The notes under the pieces were generated by a model. It ran no database searches. It saw only the letters and a list, made by a program, of their open reading frames with translations, and was not told the origin of the DNA. A program made the position numbers and the translations under genes. From IMG/VR virus record IMGVR_UViG_3300034019_000950, positions 15,356 through 79,355 of that record: a stretch of DNA of 64,000 nucleotides. One strand, given 5' to 3'. Each line of letters starts with the position of its first letter. Within the stretch, counting starts at the first letter, position 1. This DNA is from a virus. Positions 48,338-58,102 of this stretch are shown here, piece by piece.

Positions 48338-48404
48338 GGCGTCCTCCAAACGGGTGCAGCGCCTTGCAGCGTCTGCTTGTTTTTACCACTTTGCTAACCT
48401 TTCA

Positions 48405-51400
48405 TCAACCACCAGCGCCGGGAGCACGAGCTGACAAAGCGATGGCAGCCCCACTGCTGACCTCAGCGCGGGTCCAGAACACCAGCACACAGCGGCAGCG
48501 GCCACGACACAACGTATCCTCACCGGGGCGCCGCTGTAGCTCACTCAAAGGAATGAACCCGCGAGCACCTTCCGTTTCGCACGTGGGGCAGCTGTCACCA
48601 CCCGCGCTTACCCACTCCACCATCCAATCCACGGGCGTTTCATTCACCACCGTAACGGTGCGCGTGAGGACGTCGGTCGTTTCGCGGTTGGCAAGCGCGA
48701 TCAGAAGCCCGGACCAGTTTGCGATGCGCGCGCCTTGTGCCTCAAAGGTTTCTCGCACAACCGTAACCACATCATCCACCTCATCATCAGGGTCAACGCC
48801 AGTGATGCGGCTGCGCTGAACGGTGGTGGCACGACTAAGCACTTCCCTGATGCGGGCCTGCAACCCACCTACCAGCCCGTCAGATTGCATCAGCCAGCCC
48901 ATTGCTTCCTGCCAAAAGGCACGACCATTCGTTCGCCAGCGCGCATCCACACTGGTCATTGCGATTCGCTCGCCAGCCTCGTGCCCGATGTTGGAGGCTC
49001 GCTGGTAGAAGTCCTCTGTGCGCGCCGCCCAAACATTCCCCAGCTTCTCCAGCTCTGCCTCCACCACACGTTGCGCGCGCCCAGCCTCGGCAACGTCAAG
49101 CACACCGTCACGGCCGTAGGCAGATGCGACGGTAGCCTGAACAACGACGCTGGTGCGGTCGTAGATCTCCGTAGCTACAAGCTGGTACTCAGCCACGACT
49201 TCTGCCAGTTTGCGAAGGTTTAGCGTGCGCATCCCCGCAAACCGGCCAGCCGGCTGCCACTCACTCGGCAACCACTCACCCGTCGCCGCCATGCCCGGCG
49301 CATCGCGGTGCAGGTGGTGGTCATGGCCGCAGCCGCCTTGTGCACACAACCCCTGCGCCACCAGGGCGCTACGCTTATCGTCCCCGGCTGTGCTGTACGG
49401 GTGCCCCTCGGGCAGTAGGTCGGTGTCGTGCGGCGCCTTGCCGCGCGGCTCGCCTGTCCGCAGAAGGAAAAGGAAGCTCTCCACCCGCGCGAACGCCCAC
49501 TGCTCTGCGCTATTGACGGTTGGGCGCACGCTCTCTGGATTGGTGTTGTAGGCGCCGATGCCACGCTTCCACACCTGCGCCAGCACTTCCGCCGTTGTCG
49601 TGCGGTCTGGATCGTCGTCTACTTCCTCGTTGTGCTCGCTCGCCTTGCGCCGCAGTGTGCGCTGCACGTCCTCGTCCAGCTCTGCCAAGGCCGCACGTGC
49701 GATGGCTCGCTTTTCATCAACCTTTGCCTTTTCAGCGTCCAGCAGCTCCTTCATATAGTCTTCGCCACGGTCGCCCACCGCAAGCCACTTGACCTGAGCA
49801 ACCACGCCGGCCAGACGGAAGTCTGCACGGTGGCGCGCCACCCACGCCTCCCGCAGCCGGATGGCTCCTTCCTCGGTTTCGTTCCGTGGTGCCATACGGC
49901 CACCACGGCGGACGATCGGCGCCAGCTTCTCATACTGGCTATTGCCGCGAATGTTGCCACCCTTCCGCCAGATGCTCGGGTAGTCGGTGCGCAGGCGCTC
50001 CGCATAGCGGAGGTCGAACAGCTCCCACTGGCTATTGCGCAGGTTGACCGTCTCGTTGTCACCTTTGGATGGGAAGTTTGTTGGATCAGTATCGCCCACG
50101 GCCTTGTTGAGAGGGGTGATGTCATCTGCATCACCAGCCGCTGCAGTCGTGTTGCCGGTGTCGCTTGCGTAGCTGTTGGCCGGGGCAAGGCCAGCGACAA
50201 GCTGATGGAGCGGAAGCGGCCCCATGTTCGTATCAACCAGCGGAACGTCGCCGCCGTTGACTGGCAGCAAACCCATCTGCGCCCGCACTTCGTTGATCGT
50301 CAGCACACCTCGCTTCACAAGGTAGTCGTTGGCTTCCGCTCGCTGCAGCTTCTGCAACGGCGTCAGTGGTTGTGCACGGTCAAAGCCGAACAACACCTTG
50401 CCTTGTGCTTCCTTTGGAAGCAAACGCGGCAGAACCTGTGCATTGACGCGAGCCTGCAGAAGCTCCAAGATGGGGCCGATCAGGTGGCTGGAAGCAACGT
50501 CCAGCTGCACGTTTGCAGTAGCCCGGTTGATAGTCTCGGTGTCGCCCAGCTCAATCGGCTGCACACCAAACACACGCCAGATCGTGCGCCGCAGACCATC
50601 AACCACATCAAGCAGCTGCACGTCTTTCAGCGGGCGCCGCAACTCCACCCACTTCGCGTCGATGCCACCCGGTTGAGGACTTGTCAGCACTCGCAGCTTG
50701 TGGTCCTTGCCGCGCATCACCTGCAGGTCGGCGCGTGCGCGCTCTGCCGCCGCGCCGGCCACACCGCCCAGCACCAGCAGGCCGGGAGGGATCTCGTCTG
50801 CGTCCATTGCGAGCATCGCGTGCTCGCTGGAAAGAAGTACGGTGACACACTCGTTTACCAGTGTGTCGAGCAAGCTGACGCCGAGGTTGGCGCGGTTGTT
50901 GCGGAACAGAGACAGATAGCAAAGCCGCTCGGGCGGCATCTTCACAATGATGTCCGGCTGCCCCGTAGGCACACCCGTTTCACTCTCCTGCTCGTAGCGC
51001 AGCAGCACGCCCTTGGCGTCGGTGACCGGGAACCAGCTGCTTCCAAGCCAAGGAACCAGCTCCAACAACTTCCCACCCTGTTCATTCAGCTCCAACACGC
51101 CAGCGTCGTACACCAGCAGGTCGGTCACCACGCGCGTCATCACTTCTTGCCACGTTTCCCCGTTGCGGCTCGGCACCTGCAGCCAATCACGGGCAATCTG
51201 TGACGCCTCCATCATACGCCCATACTCAGCGGCGTTGCGCGGGTCGGTGGTAGGCTTCACATACCAGTCCCACGTGGCCACCCGGCGCACGATGCTATCC
51301 ACGCAGGCACGAACGTCCGGCGTTTGCCGGTACAGGTCCCAGCACTGAATAGGCATGAGGTTGCGCCAGCGACTGAAGAACGAGTAGTGACCGGGGCCAC

Positions 51401-51575
51401 CACTGTTTGCCGCATCGTAGGGCGGGCCATCAAGCGCCTGCGCATACCCCAAACGCTCGCGTGCAGTCGGACGACGATGCTGGCCGGTAGCCAGCCAGCC
51501 ACCAGCGGACGGAGCCTGGGCCTGCGCCCGCCCCACTTGCACCACGCCCAGCGGCATCAGCTTTACGTCGGCCAT
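48405..51575 (-). CDS. Portal protein fused to extra domains and a MuF/gp7-like C-terminus
   Basis: Portal motifs (VRACVDSI, VFGVQP, LTINEVRAQMGL); C-terminal CPTC...CRGRCRC. Confidence 0.88.
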   Translation of the reverse strand: MADVKLMPLGVVQVGRAQAQAPSAGGWLATGQHRRPTARERLGYAQALDGPPYDAANSGGPGHYSFFSRWRNLMPIQCWDLYRQTPDVRACVDSIVRRVATWDWYVKPTTDPRNAAEYGRMMEASQIARDWLQVPSRNGETWQEVMTRVVTDLLVYDAGVLELNEQGGKLLELVPWLGSSWFPVTDAKGVLLRYEQESETGVPTGQPDIIVKMPPERLCYLSLFRNNRANLGVSLLDTLVNECVTVLLSSEHAMLAMDADEIPPGLLVLGGVAGAAAERARADLQVMRGKDHKLRVLTSPQPGGIDAKWVELRRPLKDVQLLDVVDGLRRTIWRVFGVQPIELGDTETINRATANVQLDVASSHLIGPILELLQARVNAQVLPRLLPKEAQGKVLFGFDRAQPLTPLQKLQRAEANDYLVKRGVLTINEVRAQMGLLPVNGGDVPLVDTNMGPLPLHQLVAGLAPANSYASDTGNTTAAAGDADDITPLNKAVGDTDPTNFPSKGDNETVNLRNSQWELFDLRYAERLRTDYPSIWRKGGNIRGNSQYEKLAPIVRRGGRMAPRNETEEGAIRLREAWVARHRADFRLAGVVAQVKWLAVGDRGEDYMKELLDAEKAKVDEKRAIARAALAELDEDVQRTLRRKASEHNEEVDDDPDRTTTAEVLAQVWKRGIGAYNTNPESVRPTVNSAEQWAFARVESFLFLLRTGEPRGKAPHDTDLLPEGHPYSTAGDDKRSALVAQGLCAQGGCGHDHHLHRDAPGMAATGEWLPSEWQPAGRFAGMRTLNLRKLAEVVAEYQLVATEIYDRTSVVVQATVASAYGRDGVLDVAEAGRAQRVVEAELEKLGNVWAARTEDFYQRASNIGHEAGERIAMTSVDARWRTNGRAFWQEAMGWLMQSDGLVGGLQARIREVLSRATTVQRSRITGVDPDDEVDDVVTVVRETFEAQGARIANWSGLLIALANRETTDVLTRTVTVVNETPVDWMVEWVSAGGDSCPTCETEGARGFIPLSELQRRPGEDTLCRGRCRCVLVFWTRAEVSSGAAIALSARAPGAGG

Positions 51576-51600
51576 CATCCCTCCACGGCGCCAGCCTACA

Positions 51601-51888
51601 CTATCGTCCAGCGAGCAACCTTACGAACCCACTCAAACCACCACGCGCGCCCTCGGGCATGGTCGGCTGATCGCATCCAGGGGTAACACCAACGAACCCG
51701 CCAAAGATGCGCGCCATCAATCTTCCCGTGCGCTGGTCCGACTGCTCTGCTCCAGCCTCCCATGCTGAACGCAACGCTGAAACCAGCGCACGCTGCTCGG
51801 CCACGCTTGCGCGTGCAATCAGCGGTTGTAGGTCGGGGTGTGCTTCCAGCAGCTGTGCAAGCACCATCATCAACCCTGCGTCACCCAT
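51601..51888 (-). CDS. Hypothetical protein
   Basis: Between terL and portal genes. Confidence 0.45.
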   Translation of the reverse strand: MGDAGLMMVLAQLLEAHPDLQPLIARASVAEQRALVSALRSAWEAGAEQSDQRTGRLMARIFGGFVGVTPGCDQPTMPEGARGGLSGFVRLLAGR

Positions 51889-53548
51889 GATACGCCCCCT
51901 GCGTGGCCATGATGTCGGCCGCGACCCTGGTGTATGCGTCGCTAAACCTGTAGTGGTCGTCAAGGTTGCCTTCTGACCACACGTAACGGGTGCCACTTTC
52001 GTTCATCACTCGCTTAGGCGCCTGCATCTGATCGGCCCACCCCGGCACTCGCCAGACGTCCTCTGGCCAAGTGCGGCGCGCCGGATGCACGCGCGCATCA
52101 TCCATCGTCGCGTCCAGCAGCTGCGTGCGGTCTACCGTCACCAGCTTGCGATCGTAGTCTTGCCGCAATCCGTAGTCTTGCGCCCCCACACGATCAGTAG
52201 CGTGGAACTGACACAACCACACATCACAGACACCCGTTTCCGTGCATCTGTCCCTAAGCTGCTGTGCTGCCCGCGTTTCCGGCCGAGCATCCACCACAGC
52301 CACATTCACACGGTAGCGTACAAGCAAGTCATACACCGCGTCAAAGGTGCCCACTTCCCCCGTCCAGCGCCCGATGCGCACGTATCGCTGATCATCGTCA
52401 CGCTGACGCACCACGCAGATGTCTACGTTTAGCGAACGGCTGCCGACGTCGATGCCAGCGACCACCTGCTCATACACCAGCCCCGCATCGCCACCTTCAT
52501 CCATCGGATCACCACAAGCGGCGCGGGTCAGCATATCCATCGTCACCGCGCTTCCTTCCGGCGCGTAGGGCAACCCAAGCACTGATGCATAGAAAGCAAC
52601 GAGCTTGGAGCCACTACCTTGTGCCTCCATCCATTCCCGCCAAAGCGGCCTTAGATCCTGGGAAAGAACGTCAAGCCGGCTGATATGGTAGCCGCGACGG
52701 TGCATATCCGGCCTCTCTGCAACCCACTGGCCACCCTTCGCTTCTCGGTCAAACGGTCGGCCACAACGCCGGCACACGGGTCGCAACAGCCCATCCTCCG
52801 CTCGTGCCTTGTCACGCACCTCCCACCGTCCAGCATCGTTGCGAGTGACCACATTCACAAGCCAGTCCAGTGACTGACGCTCGTTGCAGTGCCCGCAGCG
52901 ATGATGCCACTTGCGACCATCACTTTGATCGTAAAGCGCGGCGACACCCTCACGTGGCAGGGTCGGGTTGCCAATGCGAAACAGCTGCGGTGCAGAGCTG
53001 GCACGAAGCCGGTCACGCGCAAAAGCCAAGTGCTCTTGCACGCACCTGTCAAACTCGTCCACCACCAGCACGTCGGCGCTGAACTCGATGAAGTCGTTGA
53101 CGGTGTTGGAGCCAAGGAACAGTAGCGCGCCTTGTCCAAACCGCTTGTGACGCACGCTGCCGATGTCTCCGTGCGCCAGCTTGCCGGCATAGGCCGGGAC
53201 CTGTTCCAACAGCGGGTGGATGCGGCGCTGCACGAAGCGGTCGCGCAGCTGAAAGCTCGGCAGCACGTATGCGCAGATGCGGCCCGCCCATCCAGCCCGT
53301 TCCAGCGCAAGCTGCACCAGCAGCTCACTCCATCCAACCTGCACACACTTCATGGCGTCAAAGCCGTCAATGCGCGGCGCGTCGCAGTAAAGCTCCACAA
53401 GGTATGGCTTGTCCTTGAAAGACAATGGCTCGCCACGGGTTGTGCGATGGTGGCGCATTGCGATGCCGAGCAGCGGGTACTCAGTGGACAAGGTGTCCAC
53501 CACCTGTGTCGTCGGCGCTTGTAGATCTGTCAGGCGATCACGTGCCAC
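51881..53548 (-). CDS. terL: Terminase large subunit (lambda gpA-like)
   Basis: KCVQVGWSE, DEFD, GNPT, CGHC/CRRC, GIDVG nuclease motif; GTG start overlaps upstream TAG. Confidence 0.88.
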   Translation of the reverse strand: MARDRLTDLQAPTTQVVDTLSTEYPLLGIAMRHHRTTRGEPLSFKDKPYLVELYCDAPRIDGFDAMKCVQVGWSELLVQLALERAGWAGRICAYVLPSFQLRDRFVQRRIHPLLEQVPAYAGKLAHGDIGSVRHKRFGQGALLFLGSNTVNDFIEFSADVLVVDEFDRCVQEHLAFARDRLRASSAPQLFRIGNPTLPREGVAALYDQSDGRKWHHRCGHCNERQSLDWLVNVVTRNDAGRWEVRDKARAEDGLLRPVCRRCGRPFDREAKGGQWVAERPDMHRRGYHISRLDVLSQDLRPLWREWMEAQGSGSKLVAFYASVLGLPYAPEGSAVTMDMLTRAACGDPMDEGGDAGLVYEQVVAGIDVGSRSLNVDICVVRQRDDDQRYVRIGRWTGEVGTFDAVYDLLVRYRVNVAVVDARPETRAAQQLRDRCTETGVCDVWLCQFHATDRVGAQDYGLRQDYDRKLVTVDRTQLLDATMDDARVHPARRTWPEDVWRVPGWADQMQAPKRVMNESGTRYVWSEGNLDDHYRFSDAYTRVAADIMATQGAYHG

Positions 53549-54405
53549 TACAACACCTTCTTTCCACGGTTCATTGCCAATGCAGCCAACACCGGGCGCG
53601 TTGGACGGCCCGGATGATATAAACGCACGTTGCACGTGATGAACTCGCGCTTCTGTGCGCTAAACGTCCTGCCACGCAGCCCAGTGTCCCGCATCCAAGT
53701 CAGTTCTTGCGCGTACCAGCCTGCTGACATCAACTCAGGCAGCGGCTCGGCCTCTGCCACAGCAACAATGCTACCGGCTTCCGCCCACGCCAGTGCCAGC
53801 TTCACTACATCAACACGCGACAACACATGCTTATAGCCGGTTGTGCCTTTATACGGTGGGTCAATATAGACGGTTGCACCGGCTTCTATTGGCACTTGCC
53901 GGGCATCGGCATACACACGGGCCGGCAGGGCGGCGTGCAACACGCGCAAGCGCCGCCACAGCCCCGGTAGGGTCATACCTACAGTGCCCGCACTGCTGGC
54001 ACCCGGCCCCCGGTATAGCTCGTCCCACATGGTCCAAGCGGCAAGCAACGTATGCCGCGCCAGTGCGCGCGGCGTGGCCTGTGCCGTATCTTGCTCTGCC
54101 CGTAGCGCCCGCCATAGGTCTTTCGGCGGCTCGTGAGCCCAGCTTGCCAACACGTCTGCAGCCTGCGGCCACAGCTCTGGACGCGCGTAGCTCTCCAATA
54201 GCAACCGTGCCCCCACGTCTGGCTCGGCCCATACGTATTGTTGCGCGCCCTGACCCGGCATCATTCCGAGCACTCGCAGCGTAGCTTCTGCGAAGTTTTG
54301 CTTGCTGCCCATCCGGCTAACTGGCGGCTTTCGCTCAGCGTCGTGCAGTCGCAAGCTAACAGCAGCCGTACCTGCACAAAGCTCAACGAACATCGGTTGT
54401 TCCAT
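53548..54405 (-). CDS. DNA amino-methyltransferase (Dam/D12-like)
   Basis: FVELCAGTAAV SAM motif, RMGSK, YIDPPY. Confidence 0.78.
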   Translation of the reverse strand: MEQPMFVELCAGTAAVSLRLHDAERKPPVSRMGSKQNFAEATLRVLGMMPGQGAQQYVWAEPDVGARLLLESYARPELWPQAADVLASWAHEPPKDLWRALRAEQDTAQATPRALARHTLLAAWTMWDELYRGPGASSAGTVGMTLPGLWRRLRVLHAALPARVYADARQVPIEAGATVYIDPPYKGTTGYKHVLSRVDVVKLALAWAEAGSIVAVAEAEPLPELMSAGWYAQELTWMRDTGLRGRTFSAQKREFITCNVRLYHPGRPTRPVLAALAMNRGKKVL

Positions 54406-55231
54406 CTACAGGCACCAGCCGCAAGCCATATTCATCACGGCCTTGCGGGATGATGATACCGGGTCGCATCACCAGTCTGTTGCGTGCGAATGGCTGGTAG
54501 TCTACGTGATGGTGCCACCGGCCAAACTTCCATACTACCTTCACAACATCTGGATGCTGGGCCGCAAGCGCATCAGCAAACTCACGTCTGTTGTTGGTCT
54601 GCTTATACAGCTCGTCTGTGTTGCCGCCCTTCATCACCATCGTCGTTACCTTGTCGCCGATAAAGGCGTTGACAAGGATTGTGCACTTCCCTTGCTTCAG
54701 AAAGCGCAGCGAAAGGTCCGTGTCCTCATTGTACCTACCACGCCAGCGTAGTGTCTCACTGTTGGAAAGTAGGATCATTGAGTAGATGCGGGTGTTGAGG
54801 TATACGGGCGGCAGCATGGAACGCTGGGGCGCGAACTTCTGATATTGCAGGCCAGCCATCGGCACATTCTCATAGCGATCCACCAAGTCCTCAACGACGC
54901 GCAAGAAGGTTCCGTCGCCCACTGGGAAGATGGTGTTCTTGTGCACCCTTCTAAAGATGGTGATGTTGTCGTCGAAGATCCAGTGACGCTCAGCCCCAGT
55001 CGCCGTTGCGTGATCCCACACCCAGTTCCGCGCAGGGATGCCACCTTGGCCAAGGTTGGAAAACGGCAGCACGAGCACGTCGCCGCCCCGTGTCGTTGCT
55101 CTGTACGCTTCTTCCTCTTGTGGCTCCACAACGATGGAGTAGGGGATGCCGAGGCGGTGAAACACGCGCGCAGTTGAGCCGGTAGTCGCCCGACCCTTAC
55201 TGATGATGTAGACCGGATACCGCGGGTTCAC
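54383..55231 (-). CDS. TET-associated / base-J-type (GREB1-like) DNA glycosyltransferase
   Basis: YIISKGR, ARNWVWD, WIFDDNI, NTRIYS, RYNEDTDLSL, KGGNT. Confidence 0.8.
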   Translation of the reverse strand: MNPRYPVYIISKGRATTGSTARVFHRLGIPYSIVVEPQEEEAYRATTRGGDVLVLPFSNLGQGGIPARNWVWDHATATGAERHWIFDDNITIFRRVHKNTIFPVGDGTFLRVVEDLVDRYENVPMAGLQYQKFAPQRSMLPPVYLNTRIYSMILLSNSETLRWRGRYNEDTDLSLRFLKQGKCTILVNAFIGDKVTTMVMKGGNTDELYKQTNNRREFADALAAQHPDVVKVVWKFGRWHHHVDYQPFARNRLVMRPGIIIPQGRDEYGLRLVPVDGTTDVR

Positions 55232-55518
55232 TTGTCTGACTTCCAGACGAACTTGGTCCAGTCGCGCGGCTCAATCGGAGGGAACCAGAACGACTCTGTG
55301 TTGAGGCCACCAGAAGCGCGCAACGTATCGGCACCGATTAGACGCCTAAAAGCTTCATAAGCCTCTTGCGTTAGGAAGTGGACACGGACGCTTTTGTACG
55401 GCTCTAAGTCCTTTTGACCCATCTCTGGCAGACCCTGCCAGACCCCGTGCTCCAAGGTCGGGGCCTTCAACACGCTATCCTTTGGCTTCACTTTCCTCAG
55501 AACACTTTTGGCTTTCAT
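55228..55518 (-). CDS. Small partner protein of the DNA glycosyltransferase
   Basis: WQGLPE...PYKSVRVHF...SFWFP; coupled to GT gene. Confidence 0.55.
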   Translation of the reverse strand: MKAKSVLRKVKPKDSVLKAPTLEHGVWQGLPEMGQKDLEPYKSVRVHFLTQEAYEAFRRLIGADTLRASGGLNTESFWFPPIEPRDWTKFVWKSDK

Positions 55519-55546
55519 CCAACCTCCAAACCTACACTGTCGTAGG

Positions 55547-55879
55547 TCAACGACGCGGGCGCAGCGGGGCAAGGGGCGATTGCTCTGCCTGCGGCGGGTT
55601 GCTGATCAACGACCACACGCTGTAGCGGTGCCCATCGCCACCCTGGTACACGCGCACCCGCACACCCACACCATGCAGCACGGCGCGGCCCACCGCGCTG
55701 GCGTTGGCCACGTTGAGCAAGTGTTCCAGCGTCCGGCGATCAAGGAACATGCGCACGTCCTGCGCGGCCAGCGGCCCGCCGACTACGCTTTCGCCAAGCA
55801 GGTTGTCTTGCAGGCCGGTCGGGGCCACGCCCGGTCCATGCTCAACGATCGTTCCCGGTGGCATGATGATGCTGCTCAT
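55547..55879 (-). CDS. Hypothetical protein
   Basis: ATGA overlap with terS candidate. Confidence 0.5.
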   Translation of the reverse strand: MSSIIMPPGTIVEHGPGVAPTGLQDNLLGESVVGGPLAAQDVRMFLDRRTLEHLLNVANASAVGRAVLHGVGVRVRVYQGGDGHRYSVWSLISNPPQAEQSPLAPLRPRR

Positions 55880-56862
55880 TCCTCTGCTCCGTTAGTGATG
55901 TCAATCACACGTGCGCGTGGAACGGCTTGTAAGATAGTAGCCAGCTCTGCCACTTCCTCCTGCATTGCGGTGAGTAGTGCTGGCCCACCACGTTTGCGAG
56001 CATCTGCCAATCGCGCACTTTCTTGCGTCACTTCATGGGTATGGGTGTGTTGGACTTGCACTTGACCGGCCACAGCTACCTGCTCTGTCGGTAGTCCAGT
56101 CAGTAGTGCGCGGGCTTTGATCAGCTGCGGAATGTCACTGACCTGCACACGCAGCTCTCCGCTTTGCACCTTCTTTGCGATCAAGCCAAGCGTGGCGTCA
56201 ATCAGCAGTACCTGACGGCGCACGTCCTCGTCCCTTAGATGCGTCGTCAACACCTTGCGCCGCAGCTTCCGCACGTACTCTTGCGGATCAAGCTGCCCCA
56301 GCTCCGCATCAGACAACGGTGTGGTGAAAGGGGGCACCGACACACGTTTCTCTGGCACCGGATCTTGTTGTTGTGGCCCTGCTTCTGCGGTAGCATCCTG
56401 CGCCGCTTCCGCTGCTGGCTGCACGGACGGGTCAACGCCTTGCGTACCGGCACCCTGTCGCTCGGCAGCCACTTGATGCCGCACGCTGGCGAAGCCAGCC
56501 CGCTCCAACACCACGTCCATCGCCAGCTGGAGCGCCGCAACCTTAGCGGCGCCGGGCTGCAGATCCATCAGCGCGCGGTAGCCCCGCAGGGCGTGCCACT
56601 CGGCATCCGGCACCTGCACCAGCCGGCGGTCCCATGCGTGCCGACTGGCCCACAGCCGCACGTTTGCATCACTGCAGTTCAGCGCGGTGCCGATCATGCG
56701 CTTGCTACGCTCGCTCGGCTCCGACAAGCACCAAAGCAAGAATGCAGCGTAGGCACGGTCGTTTTCAGCCTGCCTTGGCTGCAGCGGCTCTGGCAGGGTG
56801 GCAAGCTCGCCTCGTTCGGCGGCAGGCAGCGGGGGTGCGGGTGTGAGGGCCTTTCTGGGCAT
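55876..56862 (-). CDS. terS: Probable terminase small subunit
   Basis: ENDRAYAAFLLW...VRLWASRHAWDRR HTH pattern; first gene of packaging operon. Confidence 0.65.
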   Translation of the reverse strand: MPRKALTPAPPLPAAERGELATLPEPLQPRQAENDRAYAAFLLWCLSEPSERSKRMIGTALNCSDANVRLWASRHAWDRRLVQVPDAEWHALRGYRALMDLQPGAAKVAALQLAMDVVLERAGFASVRHQVAAERQGAGTQGVDPSVQPAAEAAQDATAEAGPQQQDPVPEKRVSVPPFTTPLSDAELGQLDPQEYVRKLRRKVLTTHLRDEDVRRQVLLIDATLGLIAKKVQSGELRVQVSDIPQLIKARALLTGLPTEQVAVAGQVQVQHTHTHEVTQESARLADARKRGGPALLTAMQEEVAELATILQAVPRARVIDITNGAEE

Positions 56863-58102
56863 AGCGGGACACTATCACACCACTGCGCACCCTGCCGCGC
56901 AGTTGCGCGCCTGACTTACATCAAGCGCGCACCTTACACATTCACTCTTTGTCCTCTCCCGTCCATGCGGCGCGACGCAAGTCGTCTGGCACAACATCCA
57001 AACCAGTTGCATCACGCCATGCCAGTATGGCCAGAATGCGCGCCGACTGAACATCAACAGCAGTTCCTACCACCTCGGCCCCTTCTTTCTGATGCAGGTG
57101 CCACCAAACCACACCACGGCGATCAACCACGCAAGCAGTGCATCCGTCTGGCAAGTCCAAGCGCCACCGCATCCTGTTCTGAGGGGCGCCGCGCATCATC
57201 GCTGTCCCAAGTGATCGCCAGCGGCGATGCGCCCTGCCACCTCAGTCACCAGCGCCGCACCAGCATCGTCGCCGCGCCGCAGACACTCTCGGTACACCAC
57301 CAAGTCCAGCCACAGCACCACGATGTCGCGTTCGCTCTCGCTTGCGCGTTTCATCATGCCTTCCAAAATGCGCAGCACTTCTTCACTATCGGTCGGCGCT
57401 ATCATCTCCCACCTCCTGCCAGCCACGTAGACACGTTGCCACCACCTCCACCGCCTCCTGACGTGTGCGGAAGATCACTGGCCAACGTGGATCTTCGTTT
57501 GTCAGCATCGTCTCCGTGCCGCCCTTACCATCCGGCATGTCGCACACCCACAGGACAAGCATCTGATCACCAGCCCGCACCAGAGCAGCCCCCTGATGGC
57601 CGCTTTGATAGGGAACGACCAGAATGGTTCCAGGCAGCAGGCACGGGTCCAGCTCGTCGCTGTCTACCATCAGGTAGGCATGACCATCTTCCAGCCCTTG
57701 ATGTCCGGCTTGTTCATTACTCATGTTTGTGACCCTCAATCCCTTCATTATCCGCTTTGATGGCCGCCATAAAGGCTTCGTGCCATTCCTCACTCGCAGC
57801 TACCCACTCGGCATGGGCCTGCTCCATCACCTCTTTCATGGCTGCCCGCCGATGCCCGCGCGACTTACGGTAGGCGTTGCGCGCATCGTTGCTTTCCTCA
57901 CCCGCCTTGTGCATCTTGACTGCCAGCGCATCCAGCTGTGATGCCGGGTAGCCGTTTGCAACACGTTTGAGCGCGGCAACGGCTCTACCCAGGTCGGCGG
58001 CGATGGACAGAAGTCCAGCGTCCATAAGCCGGGCGTACAGGTCCTCTGCAGAGCTGATTAGTTCGCTTTCTTGTTTCATAACCTTACTCCAAACATATGT
58101 AT

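Noticed and set aside
38370-51203. Long plus-strand ORFs (38370-40511, 46025-48238, 49428-51203; likewise 21247-22707)
   Set aside because: Antisense shadows of well-supported minus-strand genes in high-GC DNA; no motifs.
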